A stretch of 17,674 nucleotides of DNA from Prasinococcaceae sp. CCMP 1430 (Eukaryota > Plantae > Prasinodermophyta), in assembly GCA_013416795.1 (NCBI GenBank), contig RQSC01000637.1, forward strand, positions 18,787 through 36,460, read 5' to 3'. The position numbers and the translations under genes were made by a program. This document shows, one piece after another, positions 7,982-17,130 of the stretch. The notes below the pieces were generated by a model that saw nothing but the letters and a program-made list of their open reading frames with translations, was not told the origin of the DNA and did not search any database. Position 1 is the stretch's first letter; each line of letters opens with the position of its first letter.

Positions 7982-10260
7982 TCAGGGCCGGCCCGCCTCG
8001 GGACCGTCCGCCGACGTGCGTCGATAGAATTCGTCGGCGTCCGCGTCAGCGGCTGCGCCCGCTGCGTGAAAGAGCGCATCCACGGGGTCCACGGCATCGT
8101 CGACGACGCCAGCGTCGGCAGCACCGGGCTCGGCGCCGGGCTCGGCACCTGGCTCGGCGTCCGACGGCCGCGCGTGCGCCGCAGGGGGCAGACAAAGCGC
8201 ATTTGCAGCAGCGCCGTGAACAGCCCCGCCCGAAGAGCCCGCGATCGAGTCGCGGCCCGCGATCGGGTCGCACCCCGCGCTCGCGTCACAGCCCGCGATC
8301 GAGTCGCCCGCGTCCATCGAGCCCGACGAGACGACGGCGGGCGTGGGTGGCCGAAGGGCTGCAGGCGCGCAGGACGTGAGCGCCTCCTGCGTGGGGACGC
8401 GCCACGGCATCGGGACCACAGCGCCCGTTCCGTGCTCCGGCTGCTGGTCCTGCCGCGGCTGCAGCTCCTCTCCTCGCTGACCGCCCTGCCCCTGCGGGTG
8501 CTGCTGCTGCGGCTGAGCTCCTCGATGGTGCGCCTGCGCGGCCTCCCTCTCTTTCCTCGCCTTGACCTCCGCCTGTCGTCGGAGCGCCGCGCTCCTCTTC
8601 GCGGCGATTCGCGCGCGCATCTCGTCGGACAGGCGGTTCTCCGCGCCGGCCGCGAGTGCGTCGAAGGAGCCGTCGTTGCCGCGTCCGGCGATCGCGAAAT
8701 TTGCCGCGCCGCTTGGACCTGTTGGGTCGGCACGGTGGGGAGCGGGGGCAAGGGTGCGAGGTGTCAGCGCGATGACTGGGTGCACGGAGGCGGTCTGCGC
8801 TCTTCGAGGCGCACGCGCGACGAGCTGCGTGCACGGAGCACGGCAGCGCACGCGCGCGCACGCGCGCATGCGCGTACCCGCCGTGGCCTCCCACCACTCT
8901 CTTGATGCCTGCTTTTGCTGGACGGCGCAGTAGGCCCGCGCGCGCTCCCCTTTGGCCACTTCGCGCGAGGCCTCCGATCTGAGCCTGTCAGCAGAGCGCC
9001 TCTCGCCGTCGGTCAGATTGACCTGGCCGTCGACGAGCGTGTTGTACCGCGACACGAAGGCTTTGTGACGCGCCTCCAACTCGCTTCGCTCGCCGCTCGA
9101 GTCCAAGCCGTCGCGGCTCAGGAGATCGCGCAGCTGCGTGTCGCGGGCGAAGGCGCGCGGCAATCGAGCCGGCGCGGGGGGTCAGGGCCTCCAGCATGGC
9201 GTGCGCGCGTCACGGGGGATTGCCGACCCGACGCAGAGGGCACGTTGCGCTCCGCTCGCTTCGCGTGCAGAGCTCAAGCAAGGGCTTGAGCTTTCAAGCC
9301 AATGCTCGAGCAGCGCGCACCTTTTTCATCGTGTTGTACTGCGCGTACCACACGTTGGGCATCCGCTTCGCCGGAGGCTCCTGTGTGCGGGCGCGCTTGG
9401 GACCCCCATCGCGGGCGCCGTCCTGCCCGTTCGCGACGCCGCCTTGGGCGCACGCGACGCCGGCGGCAAACTTGGCGGCAGTGGCGCGTGGCACGGGCAC
9501 CGGCCGCGCGCGCTCCGCTCGCCTCGCGTGCGCGAGCTGCTGGAGCAGCGGCCCTCGCACGCGCGCTTTATACAGCGCGGCGACTGCGCCAAGGCTGCCG
9601 ACTGGGTCGCGCGGCGGTGCGAGCGTGGCAGGGCGATCGCCAAGGGAGGCCGGCGCGTCAGCGCCGAAAGTGAAGCACTCGCGCTCACTCGCGGCTCGTC
9701 GCTCGCACGCACGCGCAGGCTCGTCTCGCCGCGCACTCACGCTCGTGCAGGTCGTTGGAGGTGCCCTCGCGGCGACACTGAGGGCAGCTGCCGCGCTCCT
9801 TCTTGGCTGCCTGCGCGCGCGGGCGTTCGGCAGCGCCCTCTCAATCAGCACGAGGCGGACAGGAGAGCGAGAGAGCCTTCGAGGGGCGTGCGCCGCGGAA
9901 CAGCGTACCTGCGCGTCCAGGTGCGAACGTATACACTGGGAGCAGAAGGCGTGGCCGCACGACAGCGCCACCGGCGCGTCGTGCACCTCCCGGCAGATGC
10001 CGCACCGCAGCAGGGCGTCGAGCTCGCGCAGCTCGGGCCAGCCTGCGCGAGGACGCAGGCAGCGCCGCCGCCGCGTGCGGGCGACCGAGATGGCAGCCAA
10101 AGCGCGCGAGAGGGGAGCGCGCCCGCGGGGCGTCAGCGAACGCGTGCTCGCGCCTTTTCAGTGCCCTGGCTGGCGTCTCGCTGGCGGCGCGCCATGGCGG
10201 CGCACACGCACCCACCGCGACGAAGTCCTCGGGCTCGTCGTCAAACTCGGCGTCGGCCAT
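7982..10260 (-). CDS. RAD18: RAD18 E3 ubiquitin ligase (RING + SAP). Exons 10260-10212, 10042-9909, 9810-9741, 9601-9321, 9133-8878, 8718-7982
   Basis: Spliced N-terminus [73 protein letters not shown] is a C3HC4 RING with the Rad18-type L-D-x-LLRC lead-in. It is followed by a helix [12 protein letters not shown] and a SAP domain [31 protein letters not shown]. All five introns are GT-AG with matching phases. Extra introns in the long last exon cannot be excluded. Confidence 0.9.
8237..8308. repeat. 18-bp x4 coding tandem repeat in the RAD18 tail
   Basis: gcccgcgatcgagtcgcg / gcccgcgatcgggtcgca / ccccgcgctcgcgtcaca / gcccgcgatcgagtcgcc. On the minus strand this reads [24 protein letters not shown]. 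Confidence 0.8.
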
Positions 10261-10372
10261 CGCGCCGGCCGAGCGGTGGAAGCCGCAAGGCTCGGCGGGC
10301 GCGCCGAGCCGCCTCCCCTCCCCTCCTCCCAGCCCCTGCGCCAGCGCGCGCGAGCGCGCGATCGCCTGCGCG
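10261..10372. promoter_or_regulatory. Probable bidirectional promoter / shared 5' region
   Basis: Only 112 bp separate the RAD18 ATG (10260, minus) from the dehydrogenase ATG (10373, plus). The interval contains a pyrimidine run cctcccctccctcctccc. No promoter motif was identified directly. Confidence 0.55.
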
Positions 10373-11703
10373 ATGGCGGCGTTCGCGCCGAGCTTCGACG
10401 CAGCCGCGCCAGCCGCGACGCGCGTCGGCTGGATCGGCACGGGCGTGATGGGCTGCTCGATGGCGATGCACCTGATCAAAGCGGGCCACCCGCTTACGGT
10501 GTACAACCGCACGGCGTCCAAGGCGCAGGTGCGCGCGCGAGCGAGCGGCGCGGCCATGCTCCGCGAGAGCAGCCGCGCGGCGCGAGCGCTGCCAGGAAGG
10601 CGCCGGCCGCTGACGTTCGCACGCGCGCGCCCTCGGCGATCCGCAGCCGCTCGTCGACGCGGGCGCGACGTACGTCCAGACCCCCGCCGAGGTCGCGGCG
10701 AACAGCGACGTCGTGTGCACAATGGTGGGCTTCCCCACGGACGTGCGCAGGGTCATCCTCGACGGCGAGACGGGTGTGGTCGGGTCCATGAAGCCCGGCG
10801 CGCTGCTGGTGGACTTCACCACCACCGAGCCGGCGCTCGCGAAGGAGGTGCGCGCGCGCGCGCGCATGCGGCGTGCACGGAGCGCGACCGCCCCGCCCGC
10901 GTCGACCACTGACGTGCTGTCGGCGCGCCGCCGCCCCTGCGCGCCAATCGCACGCAAATCACGCGCAAACGCAGATCGCGTCGGCTGCGTCCGATCGCGG
11001 GTGTGCCGCGCTGGACGCACCCGTCTCCGGCGGGGATGCTGGCGCGCGCAACGCCGCGCTCTCCATCATGTGCGGCGGCGAGCGCAGCGCCTACGAAGCC
11101 GCGCAGCCCCTGCTGGCGCGGCTGGGCACCGCGAGGCTGATGGGCGCCGCCGGGGCCGGCCAACAGACCAAGATGGGCAACCAGATCGCCATCTCCACCA
11201 CCATGGTCGGCATGTGCGAGTCCATGCTGTACGCACACAAGGCAGGGCTCGACGTGGAGGAGTTTCTCGAGGCCATCAGCGGCGGCGCAGCGGGTTCCAA
11301 GTCGCTTGACCTCTACTCGGCGAGGATAGTCAAGAGGGACATGGCGCCGGGGTTCATGGTGCGTGGGTCGACGCCGCATGCTCGCGCTCGCGGCAGCGCG
11401 CGGTAGCACGCGGGGCGTGCGCGTCCGCTGCCGTGCGATTCACCGGCGTGCTGACTCGCCGCGTCACCCGCCGGGCCCTCGCGCGCCTGCGCGCGCTGCC
11501 AGGCCGAGCATTTTGTGAAAGACCTCGGCATTGCGCTCGCCGAGTGCCAACGCATGAACCTGAGTCTGCCGGGGCTCGCACTTGCGCAGAGCCTCTACCT
11601 GGCCGTGCTCGCGCAGGGCCACGGCCGCTGCGGCACCCAGGCGCTCATCATGGCGCTCGAGAACCTGAACAACCACACGCTGCCCGAGGGAAAGGACAAG
11701 TGA
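10373..11703 (+). CDS. NAD(P)-dependent oxidoreductase, 3-hydroxyisobutyrate dehydrogenase / 6-phosphogluconate dehydrogenase (NAD_binding_2) family. Exons 10373-10528, 10647-10847, 10975-11358, 11503-11703
   Basis: Rossmann motif [26 protein letters not shown], followed by [43 protein letters not shown], the catalytic-Lys segment [11 protein letters not shown], and PGFM|[12 protein letters not shown]. Three phase-0 GTGCG..CAG introns. Confidence 0.93.
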
Positions 11704-11843
11704 GGGTCGGCAGCGAGAAACACCATGCGTGGGTACCGCCCAGCGAGAGGCGCAGCCATGCGATGCGATGCCCCGCGTGTATTATTATGAACAACATGCG
11801 GGTTTTATGCCGTCGCGCTCGCGTCGCTCACGCGCGGCGTCAA

Positions 11844-14310
11844 TCACTGGTACAGCATGCGCACTTGCATGGGCCGTCCTTGGCTGCAGGCGTGCGTGAT
11901 CGCCCCGCTCTCTATCGTCCGCTTCGCCCTGCGCCATCGGACGGCGACGTCCGACTGTCGGCGTTCGGAAGCGTGCGACGTCAGTCAGGCTCATGCCACT
12001 CTCTCTCATTCTCTCTTCTCACTTCGCTCACAATACGGACGCGCCGTTCGAATGTATTCTCTCCTCCTGCTACTTCGACGGATGCGAGCGTGCATCTCAT
12101 GTCAGAGGTGTGACCTCGCCACGCCCGGCACCGCCGGGGCGGCGCATGTCCGGGCCGGCGCCCATTGACACGAGCTCGGGCGTATCGATGACGACCGCCC
12201 TCATGGCGTCTTCCGCATTCTCGAAAGCCTCGCATGTCATGATGCGCGACCAGTTGTGTTCGACGAAAGTGTCGCTCTCGCCGAGCGGAGCAAATGCTGC
12301 GTTGGTTTCGACGCTGTGGCCGTGGCTCTCGCCACTGCTCGTCAGGCACTCCGCGGCGATCAGGGCGTCCAGCGGAGCCGCGCTGACACCGCCGTGCGCG
12401 TCGGAGAGCTCGGATTGCGCGTCGTCGACCTCCTCCGCCGCGGCCTGCAGCCGCTCTGATACTGCCCGAGACTCCGCGCGCAGTTCCCTATTCTCGCGAA
12501 CGCTCACCGGAGGGGGGCCGCTGAGGGAGTTGTATTCTGCGCTCTCATCCCAGGCGTGCCCTTTCGCCACCGTGGCCTCTTGCTGCGGCTCGCACGAAGC
12601 TGCGGCGTCGAGATCATCGGCGGCGTCCGCAGCATCGCCTGCGCCCGACGAGCCCGACGAATCTGCCAGAGAGAGACCCAGCACCCTGACAGCCTCCAAC
12701 AGCGACTCCCTCTGGCCGTCCTGAGCGCCTGCACTCCGCGCGCACGCCTCTTCCTTCTCCTCGTCCTCCTTCTTTTCCTGCTGTTGCTGCTGCTGCTGCT
12801 GCAGAGCGTCGACCTGGCACTGCGCCTTCCACAGCCGACCACGCACGTCTCCTGCCTCGCGCCGCGCGGCGGCAGCGCGCTCCTTCGCTCGCACTGCGGC
12901 GTGCGTGGCAGCGCCGAGTTCGCGCTCGAGCGTAGTCACGCGCGCTTGCAGGGCTTCTGCGCGCTTCTCCAAGCTGCGGTCCGACTCGGCGCCAGTTGCC
13001 GGATGCACGCGAAGCCTCGGGGAAGGCATCCGCTTGTTGTCCTGCCCGGGAGGCGGTGACGAGCTACTACGATTGTAGACGTGCGTGACGTCGGACAGAG
13101 CCCCGTCCTCGTCGTCCGAGCTTGCGTCGTCGGCAACGCTCGCGGCGACGCCCTCGCAATCTCCTCGGTGTGGCTCGGCGATGCCAGTGCGCCCGCTGCC
13201 GGCGAGCAGGCGCTTTTTTGGCGCATTTTTGCCTTGCTCCCGATGCGGCGACTCCTCGTGATCCTCTTCGCAGCGCTCGTCGTCGGCAAAGGCCGGCGCA
13301 CCAGCCTCAGTGCTGGGACCCGAAGATGGTGCCAGCTCGTCGTCGGCGAAGGCGAAGTACGCGATCGAGTGGCGGGGAGTTTCGGGACAGCCGCTGTGCG
13401 CCCAAGAGCCGTCGTCGTCGACGTCGCTGTCGCTCTCGTGGGCGAAGACGCCTCCCTCGCCCAAGATGTCGCAGCTTATGGCGCCTTCTTCGTATTCTTC
13501 CTGCCGCTGCCCGTGCTCGTCGTACAGAACGGAGACGGCGCTGCCGCTGGCGGTGCTGGGGCCTGCCGCTGTTGCTGAGGGCGACGAGGGCTCGCGCGCG
13601 TCGTCATCGCGGGCACGGCACGCCGCGCGCCGCGCGGTGCCGTGCGCCTCGACGACAAGCCGCGCATGCTCCTGCGCGCCGGCGCTGCCGCCCCCGGCCC
13701 CGCTGCCGCGCAGAAACGTCAGCGCGCGGGTGCGTGCTGCCCCCTCCGCGTCCGCCTCCAACGACTCCGGCGAGTCGGAGTCGCCGCTCGTGGACAGACG
13801 ACCATCGCCACTGAGCCTGAGCTTCAGACCTTTGGTGGCATCGCCATCCCCGGTCTGCCTCGCGGTCTGCCTCTCGGTGCTGCGCTTGCCGCGGCGCGGC
13901 AGCAGCGGCGCGACCACCAGCGCGGCGAGCGCGGCGGCGGCGCCGATCGCCGCGACTGCGAGCGCGGGCAGCAGCGCCACCGGCGGCGCGGGACGCGCGC
14001 TCTTCGCTGGCGAGGACGTCTCCTCGACGCTGACGAGGCACCTGCTCGTGACCGCCGCGGCGGCGTGGAGCTTCGGGTCGACGGCAGCGACAGCGGGGGT
14101 GGCGCCGCCTCCGACGAGTCCTTCGTGCATGGCGCGGGCGCCCCCCAGCGGCGACGCCCCGGGCGGCGGCGTCCGCAGCTGCGACTCATGCACTTTCGCG
14201 GCCGCCCCGCTGCCTTCTTCGCCGTCCGAGTTCCGCCCCCGCTCCGCCATCCAGCGCCCGCGCCCGCGGCGCTGCGGCGGCGCCCCCTCCTCCATCGCCG
14301 GCGCTCGCAT
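11844..14310 (-). CDS. Hypothetical protein with one predicted transmembrane helix, acidic low-complexity linkers and a coiled coil. Main exon ~14310-12115, possible last exon 11954-11844
   Basis: A ~2.2-kb stop-free frame with protein-like D/E/A/S composition. It has a hydrophobic run LLPALAVAAIGAAAALAALVVAPLL (~13976-13898) and a heptad region LEKRAEALQARVTTLERELG..QCQVDALQQQQQQQQ. The candidate last exon SDVAVRWRRAKRTIESGAITHACSQGRPMQVRMLYQ* follows CTGAC..ACAG and is in phase with a weak GTCACA donor at 12114. Otherwise the ORF stops at 12097. The start codon is uncertain (14310, 14295 or 14250). Confidence 0.6.
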
Positions 14311-14580
14311 CGATCGCCGCCAGCCGCGCCGCGGACGCGTGCCCACGTGTGTGTGCGCGTACGCACGCGTCGCCGTTCGAATCCGCGCGCCCGCCGCTCG
14401 CAACCCAACGGCGCCGGATCGGAGCGCGCGCCCACGCGGCTGTGGCGCTGCGCCCTCCCCCTTCCCCCCACACCACCACCACCCCACCGCCGCCTCACCC
14501 CACCGCGCCGGCGCCGCAGGGGCGAGAGCCCGCGCACCTGCTCCAGCCCGCGGCTGCTATCTTGGCAGGCTGGCTGGCGC

Positions 14581-14650
14581 GGTGTGGTGTGTGTGTGTGT
14601 GTGTGTGTGGTGAGTGAGTGGGTGAGTGAGTGGCGTGTGTGTGTGTGTGA
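14581..14650. repeat. (GT)n/(GAGT)n microsatellite
   Basis: ggtgtggtgtgtgtgtgtgtgtgtgtgtggtgagtgagtgggtgagtgagtggcgtgtgtgtgtgtgtga. Confidence 0.9.
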
Positions 14651-14753
14651 TGGTGTTGGGAGGGGCTGTTGACGCGCGCGCGCATCGAAACGAACGCGCC
14701 GCGCGCATTAAAGCGTTTCAAACGTTCTTTGATTTGTTACAGCTGAAATCAAA

Positions 14754-14765
14754 TGGTATCAGAGC
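14754..14765 (+). mobile_element. tRNA-iMet primer-binding-site-like 12-mer (possible LTR retroelement relic)
   Basis: Exact TGGTATCAGAGC, preceded by CA-aa as at an LTR/PBS boundary. No second LTR and no gag/pol ORF were found. Confidence 0.3.
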
Positions 14766-14802
14766 GCGCGCGCAGCCGCATCCGAACGCAAGGCATGCAC
14801 GG

Positions 14803-14886
14803 GTCCGAACCCGAACCCTCATCACATGATTACAGTAGACTACTAGACTACTGTAGTGGGACTACAGTAGTCACTAGGGTTCGGAC
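14803..14886. repeat. Nested inverted repeat (foldback)
   Basis: Outer arms gtccgaaccc (14803-14812) and gggttcggac (14877-14886). Inner perfect 12-bp stem gactactgtagt-ggg-actacagtagtc (14846-14872). Confidence 0.85.
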
Positions 14887-15243
14887 ATCCTTTCTTTTGA
14901 GACGGGGACCCCCGTGGTGGTGGTGCGTGAAGTCTTTTGTGTGGGGGGTGTACAGAATGGCGTCAGAATCAAAATCAAACGAGGGGCGTTTTGAATGCAA
15001 TTTGACGTGCGGTGTGAGGGGGTGATGGGAATTGGAGTTCAAAAAATTCGGCGCGGGTGTTGGCAGCGCCCGGGGACTCGGGCTGTAGCGACGGCGCTGC
15101 GGCGGCGGGACCACAGCGGCGCCCGCGGGCGCCGGCGAGGGCGGCGCAAGGTACCGTGGCGGGGGGGCCGAGGAGAGGAGGTGCGGCCCTCTGGCGCGGC
15201 CCTCTGGCGCGGAGCGCCGCGCCGCTCCGCTCCGCGCCGCGGA

Positions 15244-15550
15244 GAAATGCTGGGCCGCGCCGGTCTCCTCGATATAGCCCATGCCGCCGTGGACCTGGAC
15301 GCCCAGGCTGGCGACTTCGTTGCCGAGATCGGTGCCGTGCGCCTTGGCGAGCGGGGTGAGCAGCTCGACACGCTTCTCCGCCTCGGCATCGCCGGCACGG
15401 GCGCGATCGAGCTGGCCGAAAGCGTAATAGACCAAAGCCCGTGCCGCCTGGGTCTGCGCCTTCATCCGCAGCAGCATGCGGCGGACATCGGGATGCTCGA
15501 CGATCGCGACCTGTTCGCCGCCGCGATAGCCCTGCACGCGCTCGCGGGCG
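15244..15550 (-). pseudogene. Internal fragment (~100 aa) of a bacterial-type acyl-CoA dehydrogenase gene
   Basis: ARERVQGYRGGEQVAIVEHPDVRRMLLRMKAQTQAARALVYYAFGQLDRARAGDAEAEKRVELLTPLAKAHGTDLGNEVASLGVQVHGGMGYIEETGAAQHF. The HPDVRRMLL, LLTPxAK and QVHGGMGYIEETGAAQ motifs mark the C-terminal helical domain of the long bacterial acyl-CoA dehydrogenase subfamily. Similarity stops abruptly at both ends, with no start codon, no RDARI..YEGTNGIQ segment and no introns. Confidence 0.9.
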
Positions 15551-16869
15551 CCTGGGTGCCGCGCGAGCCGGCGGGGGTTGCCGCCGCCGTTGCCGAGGAG
15601 TTCATCGCAAGGGTCGGAGGAGCGCTGGCGGAGTCCTCCCGCGCGGACTTAACGGCGGCCGGCAATGCGCGCGCGGCGCTCCCGCGCGCCGCCGCGCGCG
15701 GGCGCACGTGCGACGACCAGGAGCGGTCGCGCATACGGCGCTCGCTTCACATCGAGAAGACCCCACTCGAGGTCGAGAGGTGCCTGTCGTCGCTCAACGG
15801 CACTCGTTTCAAAGCGATGGATCGGTGCGCGATCTCCTTCAAAACTCGGTGCCCCGACCCGGACTGGGTGGACGCGCTCCGGCGCACGCCGCCAGAGGGG
15901 CCCGAGCGACCGCGAGCTGGCGGCGGCGCGCCGCGCGCGCGGCGGCTGATGGGCGCTGCGGGTGCCACGGCCAGGCCGCCGGTGGTGGTGGTGCATGTGG
16001 GATGCAACAAGGGCTACGAGGCGGTCGACACGCTGCGCGCAACGACATCCGATCCGGTCTTTGACAGGGCCGCCTGGCTCAAGGCGTTGTCGGGCTCCGA
16101 TACGGCGACCGGGGTCATGAGGGGCGCATGCGGCCAACACCAAGTCCCCTTGCAGGCGAAGCTCTCGAGCGCAGACGTCGCGCGCGCGCCGCTCGTGGAT
16201 GCCGAGGTGCACTGCATCGAACCCATGCCCGTGACCTTCGAGGCGCTCGTGAAGGCTTCGGAGAGCCTCGGCTATGACAAGCGGGGGCTGCGCGTTTCCA
16301 ACGTCGCCATCGCGGATGAGTCAGGCACCGTGAAGTTTCCCGCGCCCGTCGCTGGCGCCAGTGCACAGAGTGTGCTCGGGTTGGAGACGGTCACCGCGGG
16401 CACATGCGAGCAAGTCGTCGCTGCGATGAATGAGGAAGCCGGCGCCGACAAGTTGGAGTGCAGAGATGTGAAGATGCGCACCCTCGATGAGTACGTGGAC
16501 AAAGAGGTCGATAAGGGCCCGATCATCGACATGCTGGTCGTCGACACCGAGGGCTTTGACCCGCTGGTGTTGCGTGGCGCAAAGTCCACGCTCAGCCGTG
16601 TGCGCTACCTCGAATTCGAGTACCACGGCATCGGCCCGTGGGCTGAGACGAAGCTGGCCGACGTGATCGGTTCTCTTGACGACGCGGGCTTCGACTGCTA
16701 CTGGGCGGGGCGAAAGAAGCTGTGGCGGATCACAGGGTGCTTTGATCCACGATATTACGAGTTCCATTTCTGGAGCAACATAGCATGCGTGCACCGCTCG
16801 CAGCGCGGCTGGCACGCCGTCATGGAGGCCGAGGCGAACGAGACGCTCTCGGTGTACGGAGACGCGTAA
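15247..16869 (+). CDS. FkbM-family (Methyltransf_21) SAM-dependent methyltransferase. 5' end uncertain; native sequence starts ~15551
   Basis: VVVHVGCNKGY, VHCIEPMPVTF, VSNVAI, VKMRTLDEYV, IDMLVVDTEGFDPLVLRGA..LSRVRYLEFEYH, LDDAGFDCYWAG..LWRITGC, WSNIACVH. TAA at 16867-16869. The frame is open back through the bacterial fragment. ATG 15247 is the first ATG in the GC-rich part (the ORF track extends the frame to 14995). Confidence 0.85.
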   Translation: MLGRAGLLDIAHAAVDLDAQAGDFVAEIGAVRLGERGEQLDTLLRLGIAGTGAIELAESVIDQSPCRLGLRLHPQQHAADIGMLDDRDLFAAAIALHALAGAWVPREPAGVAAAVAEEFIARVGGALAESSRADLTAAGNARAALPRAAARGRTCDDQERSRIRRSLHIEKTPLEVERCLSSLNGTRFKAMDRCAISFKTRCPDPDWVDALRRTPPEGPERPRAGGGAPRARRLMGAAGATARPPVVVVHVGCNKGYEAVDTLRATTSDPVFDRAAWLKALSGSDTATGVMRGACGQHQVPLQAKLSSADVARAPLVDAEVHCIEPMPVTFEALVKASESLGYDKRGLRVSNVAIADESGTVKFPAPVAGASAQSVLGLETVTAGTCEQVVAAMNEEAGADKLECRDVKMRTLDEYVDKEVDKGPIIDMLVVDTEGFDPLVLRGAKSTLSRVRYLEFEYHGIGPWAETKLADVIGSLDDAGFDCYWAGRKKLWRITGCFDPRYYEFHFWSNIACVHRSQRGWHAVMEAEANETLSVYGDA

Positions 16870-17130
16870 ACGCCGCCCCCTCGCTCGGCGAATCGCGAGC
16901 ATCCGGTCCTCGAGTAATCGGATGGATGATGTTCCGCAAGGCGCGTAGTGTGCATTTAAAAAACGAAAATGAGATCCGCCGGGGAGCTATGCATGTGATC
17001 GCCATCGCTCGTGCTTCGCTCACGCGCACGCAGCCTCCGCCGGCGACTCTGTCATTTCATATTCGTTGTAGGTGCGGCCCGTCGACTCCTCTCTCTCGCT
17101 CTCTCTCCCTCTCCAGCCCCCCGTTCCCCT

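Noticed and set aside
12453-12462. GCTCTGATAC as a second, minus-strand PBS
   Set aside because: It matches only 10 nt, lacks the CCA end, and lies inside a coding exon.
13340-13370. AYFAFADDE as an FFAT (VAP-binding) motif
   Set aside because: It deviates too far from EFFDAxE to support without a scored search.
14848-15537. ORF 14848-15537 as a complete acyl-CoA dehydrogenase gene
   Set aside because: Only ~100 residues are homologous, the start is an internal GTG, and the remainder is low-complexity read-through into non-coding DNA.
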